This document shows, in pieces, positions 9,512-21,769 of a DNA stretch of 64,000 bases; positions within the stretch are counted from its first letter, which is position 1, and the number at the start of each line of letters is the position of its first letter. The DNA is taken from the NCBI GenBank assembly GCA_963802945.1, contig CAWDKY010000028.1, positions 96,001 to 160,000 on the forward strand. The letters are read 5' to 3'. Below the pieces are notes generated by a model. That model saw only the letters and a program-made list of their open reading frames with translations, searched no databases and was not told the origin of the DNA. Source of the DNA: an uncultured delta proteobacterium. Lineage in GTDB: Bacteria; Desulfobacterota; RBG-13-43-22. The translations under genes and the position numbers were made by a program.

Positions 9512-11330
9512 TTATCTGCCCATAAATTCAAAAATGGTTTGTGCTCCAATACGATAACTAATAGTATACCTTGTCGGCATCCACCAAGGTGGAGGGGTTT
9601 TCCACATAAAAGGAAGTATTGGTAATTCAGATAAACATTTTGATAATTGCCTATCACAATCTTTTCTGGATTTCTTCTTACAACTATCAATATCATACCA
9701 ATCAGATATTTTGGAATTTGAATAACACTGATCATGCTGCATAAAACATTTATCCATACTATCTATGGGTTTTCCTGGGCCACTCCTTCCCGGTCCTCCC
9801 CATCTTCCGTATGGGGGAATTATCCAATTTGGAAATAGCCCTTGAGGATCTATCCAATTAACCGGATCGCTTAGGTTATACCCAAATAAATCCGTATCTA
9901 TGCCCTGGAAGAGAATAGGATCCTTGGCTGTCCAACGTCCAACTTCGGGGCTGTAATCCCGATATCCAAATCGTACCAATCCCGTGTCTCGGTCATGGAG
10001 ACCACCGGCAAAGCCAATGGGAACGCTCATTGTTGGATTCGTGTCTGAAATTATATTGCCGAAGGAATCATAGTCAATCTTTTTAACGATAGTGCCGGAG
10101 GCATCAGTGACGGTTTTAAGAGAGCCGACCTGGTCATAGGCAAGGTAATAAGTGCTACCATTGTAGGTCATAGAGACCGGCAGACGGCCATCGGCGTAGT
10201 TAAAGCTCATTATCAGGTTGTCATTACCATCATAGACGGCCAATAGGGTAATAGCATCCTTCCAGAGATATTTTTCAATTATGGTTCCATTGATACGTTT
10301 TGCAATCCTGCGTCCCATTGGGTCATGGTCGTAGGTAATGACAGCGGAGGAGGGCAGGGTGGCAGAGAGGAGTTCTCCCCGCGAAGAATAAGTAGTAGTT
10401 ATTGTTCCGGCCGAGGTTGTCTTCTGAGTCAGAAAACCATCGACATCGAATTGATATGTATCGGTGCCTGCAGTGATGACTTGATCTTCGACCGAGATGG
10501 TATAGGAACGGTTAACGCCACGGAGGGTGTTTATTTCCGTGAGGCGATTGCCATTTGGATCATAGGTGTAAGACTCCACGACCACACTATTTTTTTTGAC
10601 TTTATTCAGCCTGCCATTGGTATCGTATGCATAGTCATAGGTGTCGGTTGCTCCATCGATGGTTTCCACTTTTTGGGTGATCCTTCCGGCCAAGTCACGG
10701 GTGAGGGAGTAATTGTATTTGTTAGCCCCTCCTATTGTGTAAGCAGAGCCATCCAGTTCCCCATAGCCACTAAAGGTCCGGGAATTTGTCAAGGTTCCAT
10801 CCGAAACCGTTTCCGGCAATCCGTTCCGGGCATTGCGGGTAATAGTGAAAGACCCTGCATCGGTTAACAACCCGTCGTTATCATAAGTGAAAGGTTGGGA
10901 TGCCCCGGCATAGCTCAAAGAGGAAAGCCTGAAATCGTTGTTGAAACTATACCCGATGGTCTGGTTAAGCAATCCTGTTCGGGTATCGGTGGTTAGGAGG
11001 GAACCATCATATCCGTAAGTGACTTTTTCTGTACCTCTTGTCGCTTCCCCCAGGAGAGACGAGCAGTTATAGGTATAGCTGGTTACGCCTTCCGGGGTAG
11101 TGGTAGAACTCAGGAGACCGGTTGAGTAGGTATTCGCAATTTGCCTTCCTGATGGGAAGAGAATGGATTTCAGGTTCCGTTCCTTGTCATAGGTGTATTG
11201 ATAATTCCCGACATGGGTGTGGCCATGGACCTGCGCAGGTTCACGCCAGTGTAATCAAAACCATAACTGATGGTTCGGGGATTGGTCAGCACGGTTACAT
11301 TGCCGTTGGCATCATAGTCATAACTGATTA
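9512..11330 (-). CDS. Orphan Rhs/YD module A with a phospholipase A2-like C-terminal tip (5' part frameshifted near 11205; intact ORF 9512-10972)
   Basis: YD repeats; Rhs core RDYSPEVGRWTAKDPI...DPVNWIDPQG; tip YGRWGGPG...PIDSMDKCFMQHDQCY; no signal peptide. Confidence 0.85.
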
Positions 11331-11339
11331 GCTTGTATT

Positions 11340-11843
11340 TTATGGGGATGGCATATTTAAAAGAAAATCTAATGTTGTCTGAAGTAACTTAGCTTCTTGT
11401 TCATTAAAAACAAATTTTCTCCCTTCAATAAAAATAATAGAATTTTTAAAATCAAGGATAACACCTAAAAATTTTTTCGAGGGAAAGAAAAATAAAAACC
11501 TATCAGGATATTTAATAAATATCTTATAGGTTGGGTACCACCCCTCTCCAGAGTACCTTTGGTTTTTCTTGGTTATCTCTAAGATTAAATGAATCATTTC
11601 TAATGATTTTGTCGTATTTTTTATTAAAACCTTTTCAATAATTATTTTTCCAGGAGCAACATATTTCTTGTTATTATCATCTTTTGTTGGATCAATTTGT
11701 AAAACAACTGAGACAAAGCCATTACTAATATTTGATAGTTGCTTTTGAAATGTATAATTATCGACATAAACATAATCAAATGACTCACAACATATAACCA
11801 TCAAAAGAAAAATAAAAATCTTGGGGTATATTTTCTTTTTCAT
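11340..11843 (-). CDS. Putative immunity lipoprotein for orphan tip B
   Basis: Directly follows the Rhs tip; MKKKIYPK...VICC-ESF lipoprotein-like leader; shares YVYVD, IDPTK, YPTY and IEGR motifs with 8991-9500. Confidence 0.7.
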   Translation of the reverse strand: MKKKIYPKIFIFLLMVICCESFDYVYVDNYTFQKQLSNISNGFVSVVLQIDPTKDDNNKKYVAPGKIIIEKVLIKNTTKSLEMIHLILEITKKNQRYSGEGWYPTYKIFIKYPDRFLFFFPSKKFLGVILDFKNSIIFIEGRKFVFNEQEAKLLQTTLDFLLNMPSP

Positions 11844-11857
11844 ATTTCGTTTTTCCT

Positions 11858-13750
11858 TTATCTGCTCATCAACCAAAATAAACCTTGAGATCCAATTCGG
11901 TACAACGTAGCGTATTCAATGGGCATCCACCAAGGAGGCCGATTTTTCCACAATAACGGATTAAAAGATAGTTTTGAAATACAATTTTTTACTTCTTTAT
12001 CGCATCCTTTCCTGTCCTTTAGTTGAGAATTATTAACCTTCCAATCATTTATACCAAATTTCTCATAATTTTTATCATGGGCTCTAAAGCATTCATCCAA
12101 ACTGTCTATTGGATCTTCCGGTCCACTTCTTCCTGGCCCCCCCCATCTCCCGTATGGAGGAACAAACCAATTGGGGAATTCTATGGTTACAAGGGAGGAA
12201 GATGCGCTTAAACCCCCTCTGGAAAGAGCTCCTTGGACATATTGTTGAATAAGCACGGCCTGTTCAGTAAGTCCAAATGGATCCATCCAATTCACTGGAT
12301 CATTTTGTAAATAGCCATATAGATTCATATCCCCACCAGCAAACAGGATAGGATCCTTGGCTGTCCAACGTCCAACTTCGGGGCTGTAATCCCGATATCC
12401 AAATCGTACCAATCCCGTGTCTCGGTCATGGAGACCACCGGCAAAGCCAAAGGGGATAGTAAATGACGGGTTTGTATCACCGATGATGTTGCCGAATGAA
12501 TCATAGTCAATCTTTTTTGTCATATTTCCAACAGTGTCCGTAACTGCTTTTAAAGATCCTACTTGATCATAAGCGAGGTAATAGGTGGCACCGGCCTTTG
12601 TCATAGAAATCGGCATCCGGCCATCGGCATAATTAAATCTCATCAGGAGATTATCATTACCGTCATAGACAGCCATTAACCTGGTCCGACCCTGCCAGAG
12701 GTATTTTTCAGTTATTACACCATTCACTTTTTTAGCAATCCTTCGGGCCAATGGATCATGGAGGTACTCGATTGTTCGCCCATCTGAAAGTAATGATGAT
12801 AATAACTCACCACGGGATGAATAATGGTAGTTCGTCGTACTTGCACCCTGATTCTTTGAAGTGAGAAACCCATCCAGATTGTATTGATATGAGACATTCC
12901 CAGCAGTCAGCAGGTGATCTTCGATAGAATAGACCAGATTCCGTCCGGCTATCCCCCTTAGGGTATTTACCTCATAGGTTCTTGTCCCATTTAAGCTATA
13001 CTGGTATTGTTCAACAATAGAGCCATTTTTAGAAGCAGTCAAAAGACGGTCCATGGGGTCGTAAGTGTAAGTGTAATTAGTAGAAGTCCCGTCAACTGTT
13101 TCTGTACGGGTTGAAATCCTACCTGTATCAGTGCGAGTCAGCGACCATGAAAGAGGAGTCTGGCTTCCGATCGTATAAACCTCTCCATCTTCCTCTCCAT
13201 AGCCATTAAATGTACGGTTCAGATTCAATGCCCCATCATTGACCGATGTTGGCAGGCCAGTAGCTGCATTCCGACCGATGGTAAAGGGCCCCGCACCGGT
13301 CAATAACCCGTCATTGTCGTAACTAAAATTCACCGGTTGACCGGCATAGGTAAATGAAGATAAGTTGAAATCGTTGTTGTACGTATACTGCAATGCCTGG
13401 TTCAGGGAGCCGTTCAAAGTCTCGGAGGTGATCAATGCGCCGTCATAGGTGTAAGTGATCCCTTCTGTGCCCTTGGTTATGTTACCAATCTTCGAATCAC
13501 AGAGATGATTATAAACGATATTTCCTTCCGGGTCTCTGTTCGGATGAGTTGACCCTGATTATAGATATTATTGATCAGTATGCCGGAAGGAAAAGTTAAC
13601 TTGACTAGGTTCCTCTCTTTATCATACAGGTATCCATAACTGCCGCTCAGTGGAGTCTGATAAGAACTGTTTAGGTTGACTTTGTTATACCAGAAAACGT
13701 GATTAATTAATGATGGATTGGTCAACACGGTCATGTTGCCATTGGCATAT
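11858..13750 (-). CDS. Orphan Rhs/YD module B with a phospholipase A2-like tip (5' part frameshifted; intact ORF 11858-13435)
   Basis: YD repeats; Rhs core ending DPVNWMDPFG; tip YGRWGGPG...PIDSLDECFRAHDKNY; upstream ORF 13477-13767 continues the YD homology. Confidence 0.85.
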
Positions 13751-13861
13751 TTCTGTATGAATTTCAAATAGATATGATGTCAATTAAATTATTAAAGAGC
13801 GTCCCCCTTCTCAGGTTCATGCTGACCCTATTTTAAGAAAATAGACCCCAAACTACTAACC

Positions 13862-14212
13862 CTATGAGATGAAGAATACTATTTTTATAATCCCTGCGGC
13901 GGCTGCAGAACAAATTAAAAATACCAAACTTATTTTGATAATTTTAATCTCAGTTGGTGAAAGTGCCCTAGGAGAATAAAAAAAATGATGCAATAACCAA
14001 AGAATCAAGCCAATCAAAAAACCTGCCAGCCCCGATTTAAGAATAAAAAATGGCAACCAAAAAATACCAATTATCCAAGTTGACGATGGGCGCCCAATGA
14101 ATAATTGGGAAATCATAATGCTTAAATAGTAACTTGCCCCCATTGATAAACCAATTATTCCACCCACAAAGGAAAAGACGTTAGGATATTTTAATTTCAT
14201 TATTTTCTCCAT
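13862..14212 (-). CDS. Putative membrane immunity protein for the full-length toxin
   Basis: Three hydrophobic segments; start overlaps the toxin stop codon (TAATG). Confidence 0.65.
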   Translation of the reverse strand: MEKIMKLKYPNVFSFVGGIIGLSMGASYYLSIMISQLFIGRPSSTWIIGIFWLPFFILKSGLAGFLIGLILWLLHHFFYSPRALSPTEIKIIKISLVFLICSAAAAGIIKIVFFIS

Positions 14213-17200
14213 TAACGCAAACTACCACAACAAGGGAAATAAGAAATCGAGCCACCAATTTTGACTGCATAGCTATAAAATAAGGCCCTATAATTACATG
14301 CTTCTCTATCCTTAGAAGCGACTCTCTTACATTTTTCTTTTATGCATTCACTAAATGTATTATCGCAATTCGCTTTTCCCTTACAACCCTCATAACAATT
14401 ATCATGAGCATCGCAGCATTGGCTAAAACCCCATGGATCAGGAATACTCATACCATATGGCCCGCATCCTTTAAGCCCTTCAAGGTCGACAAAATTAACA
14501 GGGTCATTGTATACATATCCATAAAGATTTGTCTCTTTAGTAGCGAAATCAATAGGGTCTTTAGCAGTCCAGCGACCGATATTGGGATCATAATCACGTG
14601 CTCCGAAGCGGACTAAGTTGGTGCCACGGTCATGAAGGCCACCGGCAAAGCCGAATGGAATTGTAAGTGAAAGATTGGAGTCGGTGACGATGGTGCCAAA
14701 GGTGTCGTAACCAATTTTTTTGACGATGGTGCCAGAAGTGTCGATGACTGTTTTTAGGGAATCTATCTGGTCATAGGCAAGGTAATAAGTACTACCATTA
14801 TAGGTCATAGAGACCGGCATTCGACCATCGGCATAATTGAAGCGCAGTATCAAGTTGTCGCTGGCATCATAGACGGCCAGAAGGGTAGTTGCGCTGGCCC
14901 AGAGATATTTTTCTACAATGGTTCCATTAACCCTTTTGGCTATTCTTCTACCCATCGGGTCGTGGTCGTAAGTGATAACAGCGGAAGAGGGCAGGGTGGC
15001 AGAGAGGAGTTCTCCCCGCGAGGAATAAGTGGTAGTCATTGTTCCTGCGGGGGTTGTCTTCTGGGTCAAAAAGCCATCGGTATCGAATTGATAAGTATCG
15101 GTTCCAGCGGTGATGACTTGATCTTCAACCGAGACGGTATAGGAACGATTGACGCCCCGAAGGGTATTTATCTCGGTCATGCGGTTGCCATTGGCATCGT
15201 AGGTGTAAGACTCCACAACCATGCTATTCTTTTTGACTTCATTCAGCCTGCCGTTGGTATCGTAACCATAATTATAAGTATCCGTCACCCCATCCAACGT
15301 TTCGATTTTTTGAGTGATCCTTCCGGCCAGGTCACGGGTGAGGGTGTAACTGTATTTGTCTGCTCCTCCTACTGTGTAAGCAGAACCATCCAATTCCCCA
15401 TAACCGTTGAATGTCCAGGTATTGGTCATGTTTCCATCTGAAACCGATACAGGTAATCCGTTTTGGGCATTACGGGTTATGGTGTATGAACCGGAGCCGG
15501 TCAACAGCCCATCACTGTCATAGGTGAAGGATTGGGATGCCCCGGCATAGCTTAAAGAGGTAGGCCTGAAATCGTTGTTATAACCATACCCGATGGTCTG
15601 GTTAATCAGGCCTGTTCGGGTATCGGTGGTTAGGAGGGAACCATCATATCCGTAAATGACTTTTTCTGTAACTCTTGTCGCTTCCCCCAGGAGAGACGAG
15701 CAGTTATAGGTATAGCTGGTTACGCCTTCCGGGGTAGTGGTAGAACTCAGGAGACCGGTTGAGTAGGTATTCGCAATTTGCCTTCCTGATGGGAAGAGAA
15801 TGGATTTCAGGTTCCGTTCCTTGTCATAAGTGTATTGATAATTCCCGGACATAGGTGTGGCCATGGACCTGCGCAGGTTCACACCAGTGTAATCGAATCC
15901 ATAACTTATTGACTTGGGGTTCATTAAAATAGTCATGTTGCCATTTGCGTCATAGTCATAACTGATCATAGTGTAGTCCGGCAGGGTCTGGGCCTTAATT
16001 CTTCCTATTATATCATAGGTGTAAGAATAAGTCTTCCCATCGGGGGCAGTCAGGCTCTGAATATTGCCTTGATTGTCATAAGTAATTGTGGAAGTCCTGT
16101 TGCCGATTACGGCGGTAGTCAACCTTCCTTTGGTGTCGTATCCATAACCTAAGGGGAGAAGACCTGTCAACGTCATATTCTGGGTGAGCAGGTTCAAAGG
16201 ATTATAGGTGCGGGTTATCATCCTCCCCAAGGGCGATGTGCTGGTCAGAGTCCCAGTGAGGGTATTGTTGAGAATTGTCCAATTGTAGCCGTTTATGCCG
16301 AGAGTTTCTGTTATGAGGTCAGGGATTGAATCCCCATTATAGTCCTGATAGATTCTGGTGTCGGTGGCGATTAGCATGAGGCCGGCAGGGGTGCGTTGGG
16401 TGAATTCTTTGAGGTATTTGTACTTGTAAGCCGAGTCAAGGTCATATTTCATGGTCTGGTTCATGCCGCAGGAAGGTTGATTGGTTTCAGTCAGGCCGTC
16501 CGACGGAACGGGTGAAGGTGCTGGCAGAGCCGGAGGGGCTGGTGGTGATGGAGGTATAGGCCCCGGTGGAATCGGTATGGTCTTGGTAGGTGGTGGTGTT
16601 GCCTTCAGCGGTTTGCATGGTTACGGTGACAGTGCCGGAATTATCCACACTCCGGGGATAACTCCAGGATCCTCCTTCCGGATCCAAGATGTTGGTAGAT
16701 CCTACCGTTGCCATCGAATTGATGGACAAAATGGTTTCCCTTGGGATCGTATTCGTCGGTCATCAAACCATCCGAAGTATAGGTAAAGGAATAGGCGGAA
16801 TTATCCGGATAGGTGACAGTGCTGAGATGGTTATTGCCATCTACGGTCAATCGGGTCACAATTCCGTCCGGTGAAGTGATCGACAGGGGCACTCCACTTC
16901 CATCCCTCTGGATAGTGGTCTGGTTGCCGAAACGGTCCGTGATGGAAAGCAGTTTATCTGGCCGAATCATATCCAAAGGTGAGCAGGGTTTTGCCCGTCG
17001 CCAGGTCGATGGTGGATTTGTGGAGACCTGTGCTGTCCATGATATAGCCCTGGCCGTTTACATCGGAGAAAATTATATCTCCAGAAATAGTATAAGGTTT
17101 AATTCCTTCGGGTAGGGGGACTTTTCTAATCCGTGATGCGTTTGAGTCTGCTATATAGATGTTCCCTAAGCTATCTAACGCAACCCCTTGAGGAAAATAA

Positions 17201-20200
17201 AGGCTAGCCTCGGTCGCAGGGACTCCTTCATCAGAAGGATCATAATAAAGTCCTCCGTCCCCGGTTCCGGCGATAGTCATAATGATCCCGCTGGTATCCA
17301 CTTTTCTTATTTTTCGGTTACCCGTATCCGCTATATAAAGATTCCCTACATTGTCTAATGTAATGCCATTTGGGATAATGCTTTCTTGTGTAGCAGGATT
17401 CCCGTCACCACTTCCAGACCAACCCCCATTCCCCGCAATAGTTGTAATGATCCCACTTGCGTCCACCTTCCTTATCTGAAGAAATTCAACTATAAATACG
17501 TTTCCTTTATTATCTACGGCTACAACTTGCGGATAATTTAGGTTCGCCTGTATAGCTAGGCCTCCATCTCCACTAGATCCTCCCTGCCCATTTCCAGCAA
17601 TAGTACTAATAGTCCCACTTGTGTCCACTTTCCTTACCCGCCAATTATCCGGAATAAAAACATTTCCGATGGTATCCACAGCTACACTGCTTGGCCAACC
17701 CAGGCCCGCCTGTGCAGCCGGACCCCCATCTCCACTGAAACTATTATTTCCATTTCCCGCAACAGTGGTAATAATTCCATTTGTATCAATCTTCCTTACC
17801 CGATAATTCCAAGTATCGGCTATGTAGATATTCCCAGGGTCGTCTACTGCTACCCCATATGGCGGACCAATGCTTGCCTGTGTGGCCGGACCCCCATCTC
17901 CACTGAAACTATTATTTCCATTTCCTGCAACAGTGGTAATAATTCCATTTGTATCAATCTTCCTTACCCGATAATTCCAAGTATCGGCTATAAAAATATT
18001 TCCAATATTGTCTACAACGATTCCTTGTGGCTTATTAATTCCGGCCTGTGTCGCAGGTCCTCCGTCTCCGCCGTAAGGCCAGCCGGTTCCAGCAATAGTA
18101 AAAATCGGCCTGGTATTATTTTTTATAATTGTTCCGTCTCCTTTAAACAGAATACTTGGGTCGGCAGGATTCATATGATGATGAGAAGAAACCGACCAAC
18201 CTTCTGCAATAGTTTCCACTTCTCCTCGAGTTACTGTTATTGTGGTATTTTTCCAGGCTATTGCCTCTTCCCGAGCTGTGATTTCGGATACCACGTTTCC
18301 TGTTATTCCAAAGGATCGAACCAAATTTACACTTCCCCAATAGACTGCTTGGTAAACAAATCCGATCTGGATATAGGCAACAGCTGACCCATATTGTCTT
18401 CCGAGGTAATCCAAACCATCCCATATAAATTCCACCTTTTGATAAGGCTGTGGGGGAAGTGTGGTTTCAAAAGTGCGGCCGGCAATCTCCATTTTGACAA
18501 TGATATTCTTCAGGCTGGCTGGGACACTTGAACCGCTGGCCGGGATGGTAACCACTGATTTATATCCTTTTACCCGGCTACTGGCATAATGGAGGGTCAT
18601 GTCCGTACCTGGAATGGAGATATCTTCATGGAAAATTCGACTTCGGTTCTCCATATAGGAGTTAAAGCACATATTATTATCGGGAGGGGGTGGTGATGGT
18701 GGAGAATCATCAACGGGTTCACCTGGTGGATTCGGTAGGATAGCATCAATTGGAAAACCCCATGCCAAGTTGTAGTCCCAAACACTAAAGTGCGTATGCT
18801 CCACCCGCCAGTATGTGGATCCTGGTCTATATTGGTTCGGATCGGTGAGGCCAGGTGCAGGATATTGATTTATACCATCCGTATAGGCATCGACGATGCC
18901 GTCTCCGTTGGTATCGAGGAGGCGGACTACGACACCGTTATCCTGGGGCACCCAGACGGCACGATCTTGGTCATAATAGCCGACCGGTACTATTTCTCCC
19001 ACATTGAAACCGAGAAAATTGTTCACATAGACCACAATCGGTTTATCAAACCGTGCGCTTTGGGCATTATCTACAGAAAGCTCGGCACAATAGGTAAAGG
19101 CCGAGGTCGGCGGCAGTTTGGCCGGCATGGATTCCGGGGTCGTGTATTCCGTGGCCCGGACAGTGATGTTGGTCATGGGCTGTTCATTGCCCTGGGCGTC
19201 TTTCACCCAAGCCCGGTTATCCCCGGTTAGAACCATAGTCAGCGACCTAGTGCCACGGCATTGGTAGTGGTCGAGCTTTTGTGAGTCAGGATGGTTGCAG
19301 CATTGCCGTCAAAGGTAAGAGCCGTGGCCGCGATATCCGCTGGGATCATAACAATGGTCTCGGCATTGGCAATGGTGTTCCAGCCGATATTGACCTGGCG
19401 GTGAGCGGCAAGAAACCCGGTCTTCTGATAATCCACTGTGACCGTACCTCCGCCGTCCAGCGGAATGGAAAATCTGCCTGCGGCATCAGTTTGGGCCGTC
19501 CCATATTCCGGATGACTGTGGATGCCGACAATCGCACCGGACAGGGGATTTCCCGACCTGTCTTTCACCAGCCCGGTGATCAAGGAAAAACGATTGGGAT
19601 CATAACTTGGTATGGTGGCATTAGGAGGAACAAGGTCTTCGTAAGTCTTCCCGTAAGATCCGTCAGGAAGGGGAGAGACATTGGATGCCGGAGCGACGGT
19701 AAAATTGATGGACCCTGAAGTACCCCCTCCGGGTGCAGGGTTGGTGACTATTATCGGGTATGTCCCTTGTGTGGCAACGGCTGTTGCTGGGATGGAGGCT
19801 GAAAGTTGAGTGTTATTTACATAGGTGACCGTTACCGGCGTATTATTGAACTTGACCGAAGAGCTGGTGACAAAATTGCTCCCGGCCAGGCTCAAAGTAA
19901 AACCCGAACTGCCTGCTTTTATTGAACTTGGGCTTATTGCAGAAAGGAGAGGCGGTTATCGAAAGAGTCCCCCCAGTTGCCAGATGGGAAGCATCCAGAT
20001 TAATTTTAAGCTCTGTTCCGCTGACATAGGTGGTTGATTCGGTCTGGCCATTTACAAAAACACTTGTACCGGGAAAGAATCCTGTGCCGTAGATTGTGAG
20101 CGTCAATCCCGAGCCTCCGGCTTGAGTGGAAGCAGGATTAATGGCGGTTATGGCCGGAACCGGGTTTATCACGGCAAGCACCAGAGTATTGGAAGAACCG

Positions 20201-21411
20201 CCTTCCGGAGCCGGGTTATTGACCGTGATTTGAAAAGTGCCAGCCTGGTTAAAAAGGGTTGATGGGAGATTTACTTCCAGATGGTGATTGTCCACAAAGG
20301 TGACCGGAAGGGTGGTGTTTATGGAGGGCTGGAAAGAAATCGTTGATGTTTTAATAAATCCGGAACCTTCTATAGTCAGCTTTGTCCCGAGACTGCCCCG
20401 GGGGATACTGTTTGGACTGATGGAGAGGATCTCCGGTACGGGATTGGGAAGCTGGATCAGGGTCAGGCTGTCTGTTTGATCGTCCACCACCGCAGCTATG
20501 TTGGTGAAGGGATTAACGGCCACCCCCCTGCTTTGCTTTTTTAAAGGATATTTCTTAATGAGGGTATTGGTGTCCAGTTCTATATGATGAAGGGTCTGAG
20601 TGCTGCTACAGATGACCAGGACACTGTTGTCTAGTGGATTCATGGCCACATCCAGGGGATATCGGTCTGTGGCTATGGAGACCGTATTCCAGTTGTTTAA
20701 GTCAACAACCGAGATAAAGGACTCCCAGAGATTGGCCACTGCCACCAGATGGGTTTCGGGATTGATGCCGATGGCCCTGGGGAAATGACCTACAGGGACC
20801 TTCCTGGTTTCCAGAAAGGTATTCAAATCAATGACCGAAAGGTTATGGTCCAATTCATTGGCCACCAGGGCCAGTTTAAGCAGCGGGTCCACGGCGATGT
20901 CCTTGGGCCCATTCCCCACCCTAACGGTCCTGATTTCCTGCATCTGCGCCAAGTCCACCACCGAAACCGTATTTGTCAAAAAGTGGGTGACCAAAGCCAG
21001 ATGGGGACCTGCGGTGCCGCCGTCATAGACTGCCACGCTGTAAGGTCCAAACCCGACCTTTACAGTTCTCTGAACCTTATTAGTATTCAGGTTAATAACG
21101 GACAAGGTACTACCCAGGGAGTTAGCAACGACAGCCAGATTTAGGGTGGCATTAATGACCAGGCCGGTCGGGAGGTTGCCTATAGGAACGACGGCCTGGA
21201 TGGTTTGGCTGTTCAGATCAACCACGTTGACCTTTTTCGGCCAGATGCTGACCACCAGGGCCTGATTCGTCTGGGGATTGATGGCCAGACAGACGGGTAT
21301 GCCGTCGAGAGGGATATTGATATCTTCTGCAGTGGAAGATGCGTAGCCGAGGGTAAAAATTAAACACAGGGGAATGAATAATAGGACAGGCAGTCTTCGG
21401 GATAGTTGCAT
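14212..21411 (-). CDS. Giant teneurin-like secreted YD/Rhs toxin (~2400 aa), split into six ORF pieces by frameshifts; PLA2-like tip
   Basis: In order: Sec signal, YVTN/YncE propeller, IPT/TIG Ig domains, carboxypeptidase-regulatory-like domain, FN-plug-like region (EDISIPGTDMTLHYASSR), NHL repeats (GDGGPATQA), YD shell, Rhs core DPVNFVDLEG, tip GCGP...CCDAHDNCY. Confidence 0.85.
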
Positions 21412-21493
21412 AAGACATCCCTTAAAGAGAGAAGATTTTCAACTAAATGGGAAAATGAGAATTTTCCCGTCGGGCATAATGGTAATTTATTTT

Positions 21494-21509
21494 AGCAAGA
21501 GGTATGCCA
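21494..21509 (-). promoter_or_regulatory. Sigma54 -24/-12 promoter of the toxin gene
   Basis: Minus strand TGGCATACCTCTTGCT is GG-N10-GC and near consensus; ~85 bp upstream of the ATG at 21411. Confidence 0.8.
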
Positions 21510-21575
21510 TGGCTGGAAATACCAACCATTACAAACTGTTAAGGTTTTTAGGAGGATTTGGCAGAGATGAGTGGT

Positions 21576-21613
21576 TGCACAATTCTATGTGCACATGCAC
21601 AAAAACCTGTGCA
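21576..21613. promoter_or_regulatory. Tandem enhancer (EBP) binding palindromes
   Basis: TGCACAATTCTATGTGCA (21576-93) and TGCACAAAAACCTGTGCA (21596-613), 20 bp start to start. Confidence 0.8.
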
Positions 21614-21769
21614 TTGAAGCGCAGTTTTTTTGTATCGCTTTAGTAGAATCCTTGTCGCGAACTCCCATTGGTTTTTGGGAAAAACTTATTTTAATCCTGG
21701 AACAAAACATCTATCGAGATTGATGGTACGAACAGGAAGAGAAACCGGGAATCATGACCTCTTATGGGC

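Noticed and set aside
10325-15441. Paralogous plus-strand ORFs 10325-10867 and 14962-15441
   Set aside because: Antisense shadows of the duplicated Rhs sequence
17715-17995. Near-identical ~168-bp tandem duplication in the toxin gene as a DGR template/variable repeat
   Set aside because: It is an in-frame NHL repeat duplication, and no reverse transcriptase is present
21576-21613. Palindromes as canonical nitrogen-regulation NtrC boxes
   Set aside because: The spacer is one base longer than the NtrC box and the targets are not nitrogen genes; the adjacent activator is the simpler explanation, though unproven
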